64,000 nt of DNA, taken from Azolla caroliniana. Taxonomy: Eukaryota; Plantae; Polypodiophyta. The position numbers and the translations under genes are program-made. Position 1 is the first letter of the stretch. Each line of letters opens with the position of its first letter. Location of the stretch: NCBI GenBank assembly GCA_043228905.1, contig JBHGNT010000016.1, forward strand, positions 18,538,001 through 18,602,000. Reading direction: 5' to 3'. This document shows, one piece after another, positions 1 through 11,300 of this stretch. Below the pieces are notes generated by a model that searched no databases, had not been told where the DNA came from, and saw only the letters and a program-made list of their open reading frames with translations.

Positions 1-33
1 ATTTATTTCATGATCCTATGTGCTCCATAATAG

Positions 34-767
34 ACACTTTACAACGAAAGCCAGGCTAGGAACTTCTTGGTGGTTGGCGTTGGAGCCCAAGGTTGCCAAC
101 CCGCCTTTCTATTCCTATACCCGGACTTCCCCAAAGACTCCCACAACTGTCTTGCTCCTCAAAATGAGATCGCCCGTGTTCATGCCCAGCACTTGCTTGC
201 GCTTGTCAATGACCTCAGTCACCTACACTCTGATGCCACATACACCTTCCTCGACTTATACGGTGCCAACATCTATGTCACCGAGCATTCGTCGGAGCTC
301 GGTAAGTAAAGGATTTAAAACTCTTATAACAATAGTCTTAAATCCTAAACAAAATTTCACTATGATCATGTGTTTTACACATACATAGATAGATAGATTA
401 TATTATCGTCCTTGGAGGTCAAATATGACCTATGAGACCTTTTTGATACAAATGGGGGGTGGGGGGGCTCCATTGTTTTGATACATTTGCAGGATATAGT
501 TATCCGCTCGATGCTTGCTGCGGAGCAGGACCGAAATATCCATTCAGATACAATAATACTGCTTACTTCTGCACGAATGAAACCGCATCATTGTATGTAT
601 GCCCAAATCCAGTGAACTTCATCTCATGGGATGGTTTGCATTACACACAGAGCTTCAATTTCCAAGTATTTAACCTAACCTTCCTGCACGGATCCTTCAT
701 TCACACTGTTGGTGCTCGGGGGCAATTGATCGACCTTAATGTATCAAAGTCGGAAGCGTGGGCATGA
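34..767 (+). CDS. GDSL esterase/lipase, last two exons (34-301, 493-767); 5' part lies outside the window
   Basis: Acceptor TAG 31-33, donor GTAAG at 302, acceptor CAG ending 492. The spliced product TLYNESQARNFLVVGVGAQGCQP...YSYPLDACCGAG...CPNPVNFISWDGLHYTQ contains the GDSL GCxP, ACCG and catalytic WDxxH blocks. Stop TGA 765-767. Confidence 0.92.
396..439 (+). mobile_element. 5' fragment of a GA/GATA-microsatellite-associated repeat element, in the GDSL intron
   Basis: GATTATATTATCGTCCTTGGAGGTCAAATATGACCTATGAGACC is nearly identical to 37481-37524 and directly follows (AGAT)n. Confidence 0.75.
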
Positions 768-869
768 TCACTATGATGGTGTTTGTTTGCTACCTTGAAG
801 AGTGCACATTAACTACCTAACCAAAATTTTCCCTTTTCTCATCCTCTTGAGAATAATTTTGTGGAGATT

Positions 870-1622
870 GTTTCTCAACATTTTTGCTAGTTGCAATTTG
901 CAATAGAGTTGAATCTGTACCGCCATTTACGTAGAATGATAGCCAAAACAATAAAAAGTAGTACTAATACTACTACTACTACTAAACACACCAAAATAAT
1001 AAAAAGAGAAAGAAAGATATATTAACGTCTTCTAAGACCAATATACCCAATCATCGTAAATAAAACTTAGATAATAGAATTCTAGTATTGTACAAAAAAT
1101 GTTTCTCAACATTTCTACTAGTTGCAATTTGTAATAAAGAGTTGAATCTGTACCGCCATTGTACGTAGAATGATAGCCAAAACAATAAAAAGTAGTACTA
1201 ATACTACTACTACTACTAAACACACCAAAATAATAAAAAGAGAAAGAAAGATATATTAACGTCTTCTAAGACCAATATACCCAATCATCGTAAATAAAAC
1301 TTAGATAATAGAATTCTAGTATTGTACAAAAAATGTTTCTCAACATTTCTACTAGTTGCAATTTGTAATAAAGAGTTGAATCTGTACCGCCATTGTACGT
1401 AGAATGATAGCCAAAACAATAAAAAGTAGTACTAATACTACTACTACTAAACACACCAAAATAATAAAAAGAGAAAGAAAGATATATTAACATCTTCTAA
1501 GACCAATATACCCAATCATCGTAAATAAAACTTAGATAAGAGAAAGAAAGATATATTAACATCTTCTAAGACCAATATACCCAATCATCGTAAATAAAAC
1601 TTAGATAATAGAATTCTAGTAT
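870..1622. repeat. Tandem array of ~234-bp units (3 copies plus a ~62-bp internal duplication) just downstream of the GDSL stop
   Basis: Units start near 870, 1102 and 1336. ORFs 1032..1223 and 1266..1493 give the same peptide offset by 234 bp. Confidence 0.9.
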
Positions 1623-1669
1623 TTCCTTGATATAATATGTTACGGTGTAACATATTATATCAAGGAAAT
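1621..1669. repeat. Perfect palindrome: 23-bp stem, 3-nt loop
   Basis: ATTTCCTTGATATAATATGTTAC-GGT-GTAACATATTATATCAAGGAAAT. Confidence 0.95.
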
Positions 1670-2040
1670 GACTATGTGCGAGGCCTAGTTTCATTTCATC
1701 CAAGTGTCTCGAAAAGGAGAAAATGTCATATAAGTTTGAGGTGACTCATAAGGAGCAAATGACAAGAATGGCACATGGTTTATGTTATTTGACAAAGATG
1801 ACCAAAAAGAAATGGTTTGAGAAAGAACAATATTTGGCTTTATTGAGAAAGGACAATGTTTAGCTTTATTTCGATATATTAAGGTAAATGGTTCTTAATA
1901 TAAATAGTGTCACTCCGACTCACGCCTCGCTCATTTGAGAAAGAACAATATTTTACCTTTATTTTGATATGTTAAAGTAAATGGTTCTTAAAGAAAATAG
2001 TGTCACTTCTCATTGTTATTTCTTGTTATTTGAGAAAGAA

Positions 2041-2218
2041 TTTGAGAGTTTTCAAACTTGAACCTATAGCCTAAAACGGTTTGATTTGGCTTGATCCATC
2101 CCAACTCGAGCTCAAACTAGTTAAGGAAGCTCAAGCTTGAACTGAACCGAACAGCAAAACCATTTAAAATGTTTTAACGGCTTGATTCAAGCTTGAGTTG
2201 AGTCGTTGCCAATTCCTA
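2041..2218 (-). mobile_element. Partial hAT-type MITE, same family as 60705-61019
   Basis: The reverse complement starts TAGGAATTGGCAA and aligns by eye with 60705-60945 (e.g. TTCCTTAAC.AGTTTGAGCT, TTTGAAAACTC.CAAA). Confidence 0.75.
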
Positions 2219-2970
2219 GTTATAAATATAATTGTAACCATAGTTCTCTAACCTCATGGCTAGGTGTAGGCTAATTCATAAGGAATGAAGGGTGAGGATT
2301 GAGTTATCTTAATCCTTTTACGATGGGCAATAATTTTAGACTATTTCACCACTTAGCCACTTATAAAAAAAAGAAACCAAGAGCGAACATACTAGGGTCT
2401 AGGGTTTGTTTCTATAAAAGAAGGCTAACTACCTAGTACCTCCATGAGAGGGATCATCATTATTAATTGGATAAAGACTCCTTATGTATGGCTCCTTCAA
2501 ACCCAAGTTACAATCCATGTCTTTATTCGATGGTATGGGACATCGACAGGGAACTCAGATCTATCTCTCACTTTTGCTAAGGGTTGGTAAGTTGGACGAG
2601 CACCTTTTCTTCCTTATTTTTCTCCTTAATTGTGTTGAACATAATTTAAGATTCTAATAGTCAGGGTTCTGTAGATCAATGGTTATTGGAAATTGCATTT
2701 GATGCAACATGATAAGTCTTCAATAACATTGGATTCCATTAATTCATCTTTAAACACAATCATACCCTCTCCTTTGCAACTAAAGATCTCTATAACCGCA
2801 TCCTTTCATTAATCTCTATTTAATCTAATATATCCATAAACTTCTATTCAACAAATTTTGACGCTTGATCCACAAATTAGGGATTGATTTGCATGAGACA
2901 CAAAGGCTAAACACAAGAGAAGCCCTCATAACACCTCTCCTTGAGAAGAATCATGTTCTCTTGTGGAACC

Positions 2971-3375
2971 TAGCTATGGGTTCGGTTTTGTTCAGTTTCT
3001 TTGCCTTAAAACCAAACCAAACTGAATTGAACCATTTATATAAAACAAAAAGCAAAGGAAATTGTTTATGAAACTCCCAAGCCACTTAGACCAAACCATT
3101 TAAATAAAGGTAAACCAAATCCGTTTAAGGAAAAGTTGAAAACGATTTGAACCATTTAAACACAAATTTAACCTAACCATTTGAGTCAAATTAATTAAAA
3201 CATTTAATATATATATATGTATATATATATATTAAATTGAACAAGCGTTTAAGTTGAATTAATTAAAAAAGTAAATAGATTAAAATACTTTAACTTAAAA
3301 AATCATTAAACTAAATAAGAAGTTAAATTAATTAATTAAATCAATAAAAAAACTTTAACTAAACCATTTCGGTAT
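2971..3375 (+). mobile_element. Degenerate hAT-type MITE with AACCG/AAACC subterminal repeats, same family as 63282-63835
   Basis: Shares TTTATATAAAACAAAA, CCGTTTA.GG.AAAGTTGAAA and AACCTAACCATTT with 63430-63600. Confidence 0.65.
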
Positions 3376-5415
3376 TTGAGGCCCAAGCTTTGCCAAAATG
3401 GGATTGCAAATTGCAAGGGTATGTGGGAGGCCTACGACAATAAAAATTAATGTTGTCGTGATGTGGGGGGTCCAAAGGTAGAAATCAGGAAAAAAAAAAG
3501 GGGGTAAAAGAGGGACTACCACTTAAATGTAAATATTTAAGTTTGAAAACTACTAGCCCCCACGTTGTAGGCCACATGATCCGGCTCGTTTTGGCCGATG
3601 ATGAAGGGCACTAGTTTATGGCTATATGTACCTACTTACATTAAATAGCTAGTTTGAAAGGATATGTACGTAGTCTCATATTCTTGAACTCAATCGGAGG
3701 GTGATTCCCCAATTTATGTATAAGTCAACTTGTATAGCCTTTTTGTAATAATCTCTCTTAACTAATGGGAAAGTATATATATATATATATATATAATAGC
3801 AAAGAGTAAATAGCCAAATGGTAAGGCTACAGACTATGTAAAAGGGGTGTATAGGTCGGTATACCATGTAGTTGTAATATTCATTTTTTGTGGGACATTC
3901 ACTAACCATTTGGGGGCCTTGGCATTCGAAATATTTTAGTTTGGGTTACCATGGTGTGTTTCAATATCCCATTGTTGGATCTCTTTGCTCACTCCATAGT
4001 ACATACACTAGAATATGATCACCTTCATAATCAATGACGTGAGAGAGAACTTCTTCGGTCAAGTATTTGCCATATCAGTATTGACCCTCTGATCAAAAAA
4101 TGACAAATCAACCCCAACTCGAGCTCTTTCATCTCAATCATATTCTAGCTCTACAAATCAGGCCTTGACATGAGGAAGGGGTGGTGGTTGTGGTAAGATC
4201 GTGGGTGGGACTAGACAATTTTCATAGGTGGCGACTTAGGATGAATTATTATTCCTTGTTTGAACCGCTCACTAGGTATTCCCCTAGTAGTTGTTTGAAT
4301 GATGCATTACAAACACTTTACATCATTTACAATATTGTATTCACACCATTTATAATATTGGAAATGAAACACTTTTTACTCATTCATTCATTGGTCGGTC
4401 AAGACTTGTGTTTGGCTGTTTTTTGCATTCCATCAAGGATATTAGGGTCTGAATAAATTGTAAGAAGATGGCTATCTCAAGATGGGAGGTAGGTTTGAGC
4501 CTTGGTTGTTTGACTAGTGATTTCCTCTAATTCCTTGATGTGGCGGTTGTTGCGTCGATTATTGCAAGGAATACCACCGGTTGTGCTTGAATGGGGGTTT
4601 GAATCTGACTGATGTTGAGATAAGGGTTGTTATAGTTGGTGTTGCATTGTTGCATTCACTTCATTTCTCATTCACGTCACCCCAATTACGTGCATTCGAG
4701 GCCAATGTGGTGGTGGTGTTCCATTTTCCTTTGCAAGCCATGTAAAATTTCTCAACTAAATAAATTGGGTGCATATTGTGAATGGGGATATGTTTTACTT
4801 CTGTTTGGTACGAAAGAACTTAAATCAATCAATTAAGACATTATGATCATAAGCATTAAATTTGATGTACTTCTAATGGATCACACAGAGTTGCATTGCA
4901 CATTCTTGATTATTTTATTAAATGCAAATAAATGTGAGAATAAAAATGGAGGCAATCGTTTGGGTCAAACTTGTAAGAAAAAATTACCCTTTTTTAACGA
5001 TGTCGTTGTAAGTGAAATACTAAGAATGGAATCTTGATACCCTATGTGGTCAAATATGATATGCAACAAAGTGCTACTTTTTATGGTACATTTTTTAAAA
5101 CAACACTCTGTATATTATGATCATGATCTTGCAAGCTAATGGAATGTTGTGGACAAAGATTTAGATCATCAGCAATGTCTCGAATTGAAATTGTGATCCT
5201 TAGAAGGCCATTGTTCAAATATCTGAACCCCAATGACATGTAAAAAAACAATTCGATTGAATGACCATAAGTAAAATTTGATGACTTCATCATAAAATAC
5301 ATGTAAACTTCTTAGTTGTTTGTAGAAACTTTCAAGTGAAAAAATGTAGTCCAAATGGGTTCCCGGTGATTACCAGCCCCAACAAATCGATTGAAATAAT
5401 TGGAAACCCTCAAGA

Positions 5416-5874
5416 TGTTAAAATAATGTTAAGTATTAGGTAAGTAATTAAGCAAGGGTTAATTAGTACCTAATTATGTGATTAGTTTATAAGCGGAAGA
5501 TTAAGTGATATGTGTGTGTATGTGTGTGAGGGGAAGAGAGAGAGAGACCATAGAGATACTTATGAATAACACAAGATGGGGGATGAGTAACTATATTAAA
5601 TTAGCATTATGATCATCAAATACAAAAATACCTACAATGAAGTATATATTGATCTCATGTGCAAGAGTGCACATGTGTGAGGATAATATAGGTACAAAGG
5701 TGTAAGTCCTATATTAAATGTACTTAGGAGTGGAGGATCTAGAATATCCCACTTAAGTACAAGGTCCTATTTAAGGCGTTATAGTCAACACTTCTAACTA
5801 AATTCTATCTAGGTAACTACGAAGTTACATGGTTGACTAACTAACTAAACTAAGTTGAGCTTGATCTCTCAACA
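5416..5874 (-). mobile_element. Copia-type solo LTR (left boundary approximate)
   Basis: Ends in GTTGAGCTTGATCTCTCAACA, the same terminus as the LTRs ending at 26316, 38560 and 45778. No exact TSD found. Confidence 0.6.
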
Positions 5875-6109
5875 ATAAGATGCATTGAAGCACCCCCCAA
5901 TACAATCTACTAGCTAAGGTCAAATTTTAAGTTATTTTAAAATCTCTCGATCAAAGTTTCATAAAGATTATTCAATGAATTCTTCGAATTTCTAAAGTTA
6001 AAATTGTTTGCATGTCAAGAAATCCACAACCTTTATGCCTAGAGCCAATAGAATCTTAAGGTTTAAGTTTTATGCTTATTCTTTATTTTAATGATAATAC
6101 TTAACATGA

Positions 6110-6870
6110 ATTTTCACAAAAGTAGTACATTTTATTAGAGAACCTTAGATGGTGGACACTACTTCCATTAGTTAAGGCAATGTACAAGGGATAATTTACA
6201 ACTCATATCTTACAAGCCCTCTTGCATGTCAAAAGAAAATAATATGTGTAGATGAAACAACAAAAGAACAACTCCAAAACACCACAACATTTGATGTGCA
6301 TAGCATTACCCGAACGCATACTCTACAAAATAGAATTCAGTATAGATGTCCTCCATTCGCTTCTCATGGCAGCACCCATCTACATGTTAGGTACACTCAG
6401 GGGGAACAGCCACCGTGGTGGTTGATAATTCCACTTCACTTTACCATCCACCATCTGCAACATCGACAAACCGCTCCATTTCAAAAGGAAACGAGCTCTA
6501 GCTTCTTCACTTGCGTCAGAGGGCCCTTGAAGACTTTCAAACTCCCCTTGTAACGTAGAAATAAGATTAAACCAGATCATCATTAAATTCTCAGCCGGTG
6601 GGGTTCACTTACCTGCAAAAGTCTTCTTGAACCTAGATACCCACACTTGCCAGACTGTAAGGCCGACCACTAATAACCATATGTCCACATAGCGTTCTTG
6701 TAAGACAAATGAACCTCCTTGCGCTGGTTGCACAGATTCTTGCATCACCTTTAAAGAAGGATTATTTCCATTCCACCCTTGAAACCACGAAGCCGATTCA
6801 GTGGCCAACCAAGTGATTGTTGCGCTCGATACATGAAGCTCAACCCCGAACTGAGCCAAGATTCTTAAGC
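6110..6870 (-). mobile_element. 5'-truncated L1-like LINE, ORF2 C-terminal fragment
   Basis: Minus-strand DIWLLVVGLTVWQVWVSRFKKTF (WxxWxxRNxxxF-type L1 C-terminal motif), followed by KWSGLSML...VKWNYQPPRWLFP and a 3' end with AATAAA near 6135. Confidence 0.65.
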
Positions 6871-7985
6871 TCAGCTCCTCAATTTATTGGTATTCTGATA
6901 TGTTTCTAAACTTGAGATCAAGTTTGTGACCATCTTTATAACGAGAAAATAATGTGTATATACCACTCTTCTCATGCATCAAAAGTGCCACCCATGTCAA
7001 TTTGAGAAATATCACAAAAGAAAAGTTTGTTTATCTTTTACTCTAGTTGAGTTATTCATTAAATAAATGTCTACGTTAAATGTAGTAGGACCAATCAACG
7101 TTCATTGAGCATATGTTAATCGTTGAAATTAGAAATTTGATACTAATGAATTGTAGAATGTATTTTCATGCCACCTATTTGATTGTCAGACGATATTAAT
7201 ATGAGCTAGAAAATCTATTGATGGTTAAAACTTAAAAGTCAATGTGCATGGAGATTATTGTGACTTTGATGGCCACTTTTACAACTTTGATTAGCATTAT
7301 CATTATGAGCATCATGTGTTGTATGTATAACATTAATGAATTACAAGTAGATGAATAAAGAGAATTTATTATCTATATCTTAAGAAGTAAACCACTTCAA
7401 TTTTGACCAAAAAGGTTATGGAATGACCTTTGTCAAACTACAAAGGGTTCAGACCTTAAACCACAAAAAACGTATGACTATCTCTCAAACCCAAGAGGAT
7501 TTTAGGTATAATCTCAATCAAAGATAGTAGAAGGGTGTTTAACCCCATGAGTTCTAGAAAGAAAATCGGAGCCTTGAAAGAAAGGACTTGTAATCGTGCA
7601 TAAAATAATGCAAGGCACGAGTAGACTTATTTCTTAGTCTAATATTTCTCTCTTCAAGAAAAGAAATGCAAGAAAACGAAGTAAATTTGTTAAATATGAA
7701 CTACAACTTTGGTACAAGCATCGAGATGTTAATATTTGAATTCCTAAAAGAAAGAAATATGACTTAGAAATCACTTCTTGTGCAAGGCTATGAACAAGTC
7801 ACAAATGTTGAAACAAATTTTCATTTGCATATGTGAGATATCTATGAGAGAGAGAGGGAGAGAGAGAGAGAGAGAGAGAGGGAGGGAGGGAGGGAACTAG
7901 AGAGGTTTGTCGAGGTATGACGTAGCAAAGATCATGGGATTTCAACAAGATGTGGGCATGGAGCATATATGTGAGTGGGATCATG

Positions 7986-10262
7986 CTACAATGGGAAGTT
8001 TTGAGGGCTTTTCATACCAGTGGGTGTGTAAACTGGATTAAGAACCTTGGGGTGGACATCTTCCAATTGTCGGACGACTTCTTTGATGTCGGGGCGGGTG
8101 GATGCCAAAGGAGCACAACAACCCATAGCTAATTGGAGAGTTTGGACAAGCCCATCATCGATGGGACTACCACACGTACTAGAGACAATCTCCGAATCAA
8201 AGATCTCAGACACACGCTCTTCAAGGACAACTTGTTTAACGTATGTTGGGAGGTCTACTACCACGTTTTTAGAGTCATCAAATTCAAGGGGTGGTTTGCC
8301 TGTAAGAATCTCAAGGAGGACAATGCCAAAGTTGTAAACATCGGTTTTAGGATTCACTCTAGACATTTTGACAAGTTCTGGGGCTCTATAGCCTTGCTTT
8401 GCGGCAGTCTTTAACATTTCACTCTGTGTCGTCGAGGTCATAAGCAACGGGAGCCCATAGTCAGCTAGGTGACCTTGGAAGCTCTCGTCCACTACGATGT
8501 TCTTTGACTTGAGGTTGCCATGAATTATTTGTGAAGGGAGGCCATGGTGGAGATGGACTAGACCCCTTGCAGCTCCTAGTGCAATCTTATGCCTTCTTGC
8601 CCAACTCAGAGATGATCTCGACGTGGATCTATCTGCACCAATATAAAAATCCAATCTCTAGTTATTTTCGAGTTCTAACTAGGTGTGAAATCAAGTCATT
8701 GTGAAGTGGAAACTGGGCACAAAAGAATGTTATCATCTCTACAAAAATGCCCCTCTAGATAGCACTGACACTTTTTATAAATGCACTTACTTATACTTCT
8801 AAATGCACTTACTATAGAGGAGGTCAAACAAGCTTCCTCGTGAAAGATAGTTGTACACAAGTAGCTTCTCCCCTTTAGGCCCTGCATAGTAAGCTAGTAG
8901 GGACACTACATTGGGATACCGGATTTGACCGAGATGGCGAATGCTGAGCATGAACTCGTCCTTCTCCTTCGCAGTGTCCTCCCTCAAGAGACGCAACGCA
9001 ATCATCGACGCCCCTCCGCCGAGCTTCGCCTTGTAGACCGTCCCGTAACTTGACTTGCCCAACACTTCACCTGGTGCGTTCAAAACATCGTCCACACCAA
9101 GATGCTCGCCACCTTCGAAACGCACGAGCTTCCCGTCCCCGATACCGTCCGTGTCATCTCCACCACCATCGAGGATGAGGTCCCTCGTGATCATGGTCAT
9201 CTTCTTCTTCTTCGAAGAAGGCGAAAGCCCCGGGACAGTCCCGGCATCTCCTCGGCCCCAGTTGAGCCGGTGTGCGAGAGCCGCACAAATGGCGAGCGCC
9301 ACGATGGAGACTGCCAATGCCCCGATGACAAGCGCCGCAAGGACCTTCTTGTCCATGACAACATGCCCATTGCCTTGGGGCCCGCACAAGACCGGGGACG
9401 GGGGTCCGCAAAGTAATGGGTTGCCTTCATACGGGCCGAGGCTCGTCCCGACCCGGCCATGCATCGTCGGGATGCGGCCGCTAAGATTGTTGTTGGCCAA
9501 ATTCAGGTCGATCAAGCCGGGTAAGTTGGCCAAGCTACGCGGTATCTCTCCGCGGAGCCGATTGTTGCTCAAATCGAGCTGGACAAGGTTAGTGAATTCT
9601 CCTAGGAATGAAGGGATGGGACCGGAGAGGAGGTTGGAGCTCAAGTCGAGGGTGCGTAGCGAGGCGCACGAGCTCCTCGCGAGGGCCGGGTAGAGGGGGG
9701 CCGGGATTTCGGAGGAGAAGGAGTTATGGTCGAGGCGGAGCTCGCGGAGGTGCGGGCAAAGGTCCCACACGGACGCGGGGATCGCGCCCGAGAGCTGATT
9801 GGAGGCTAGGCGGAGGGATTGGATAGGGGCCCCGGGGGTTTGGGCAAGGAGGGAAGCTGGGATGCCCCCGGTCAGCGAATTGTTGGATAGGTCTAGGGAT
9901 TGGAGCGCGGGGAGGCGGGATAGGGATCGGGGGAGAGATCCGGAGAGGCCCGCGGAGGTTAGGGCTATGGAGTAGGCTTGGATGGATGGGTCATTGGACA
10001 GAGAAGTGTTGTTGTGGTAGTAGTTGGGCATGGAGCAGTTGAGGAGGGTTCCATTGGAGAAGGTCCATGTGATGGCTGCCCATGTGCAGAGAGGGGTGTG
10101 AGGGGTCCATGTGGAGAGGCTAGGGTTTCCATCTCCATATCCATCTCCACTCAGAATTGGTTTGATTTGGAGGAGGAGGAGAACATCAGGGTTGAGTGCA
10201 AAGCAAGCATCCAAGCACATGCACATGATGAACAGGAAGCTGCAATAGACAGAAGAAACCAT
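7986..10262 (-). CDS. TMKL1: LRR receptor-like pseudokinase, TMKL1-like (exons 10262-8813 and 8632-7986)
   Basis: Signal peptide, LRRNT, LxxLDLSxNxLSGxIP repeats and a TM helix. Kinase-like domain SYGTVYKAKL..IALRLLRE, KGEKLLVYNYL, WARRHKIALGAARGL, IIHGNLKSKN, LQLAMGCCAP, matching Arabidopsis TMKL1 as I recall it. One 180-bp GT-AG intron at 8633-8812. Confidence 0.9.
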
Positions 10263-10611
10263 CACAAATTTTTGTTTGTTTGTTTGTATGTGTTTATCTG
10301 AGAAATGCTCTCTTCTTTTGTTTTTACTCTGTATTCTTCTTGAATGCTCTCTGTTCTTTTGCTTTTGCTCTGCTATTTTGTTTTTGTTTTTGTCTTTTCT
10401 TTTCTATTTTTTGCTATGTTTCTTTCTTCTTCTCCTTCTTCTTCTTCACATTTCAATGCAAATTCTGTGTCTAAAGCTCAAATTATTTTAGTGTGGTCAT
10501 ATTTTCCACACTTCCTTCTCTCCTCAAAGGAAACACTTCACATCACAAGATTGCTCTCAACAGTCTCTCTCCTTCTAGTACCCCACATGACACACACACA
10601 TCTACATATAT

Positions 10612-10730
10612 ATATGTATGTATGTATGAGTGTATGTATATGCCTTCTATTATGATAATCATTGTTGCTTTGTATGTATGTATGTATGTATGTATGTATG
10701 TATGTATGTATGTATGTATGTATGTATATG
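10612..10730. repeat. (TATG)n microsatellite upstream of TMKL1
   Basis: Visible tetranucleotide run with a short duplicated flank (TATATGCCTTCTAT twice). Confidence 0.9.
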
Positions 10731-10884
10731 CCTTCTATATGGACACCACTGTTATTTTGTTACATCTTGGCTGACAACTTTGGCAGCTTCCTTGCCTCAC
10801 CACCCTTTTCTTCCATGCTCAGATCAGTTATGTGGCATCATGAAAAACCTTCACTTTGATGCCACCTCTCTCTCTCTCTCTCTC

Positions 10885-11300
10885 AACCATATTCTTTGCG
10901 GACCAGGAAACCGTACATATTCAGGCATCCGAAGCATTGCTTCCATGCGACTTAGCTCACATGCATTGCGTTGTGAGATGGGGTGTTGGGGCACAACTGA
11001 TGAGAGTGGTCGACTATGCACACTTTGCACAGAACAAGTTCGGGAGTCTAAGTATTCATTACACTTTGATACAATGCTCTCTACCTTTGATTGTTTTCGA
11101 CTATGCTTTCCACACATCTTTGACTGAACCCAATCCTTGCACGAATTTCTCAGAATCACAATATGCACTCTCAATTGCAACATTCATTGGTAAAGTTGTT
11201 GAATAATGAGTGTCACTTCTGACTTTCATATATATTACGTGAAATGTAATATTTTTTGGCATATAGGTCATATTTGACCTCAGAAGACGATAATAGAATC
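10885..11300 (-). mobile_element. Full-length copy of the microsatellite-associated repeat element, within a (CT/GA)n tract
   Basis: Reverse complement of 37481-37919 over its whole length. Flanked by (CT)n on the left and TATCTATCTCTCTC on the right. Confidence 0.8.

Noticed and set aside
1611-1669. Helitron 3' end (hairpin plus CTAG)
   Set aside because: The hairpin is AT-rich and immediately adjacent to a CTAG that belongs to the tandem unit. The spacing and the following base do not fit, and no 5' TC end was identified.
2230-4800. Possible further gypsy LTR/gag remnants
   Set aside because: LTR-like ends are visible, but no TSD or clear protein motif could be confirmed.
9055-9693. 212-aa plus-strand ORF and other overlapping ORFs
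   Set aside because: Antisense shadows of the GC-rich TMKL1 exon with no recognisable domain.
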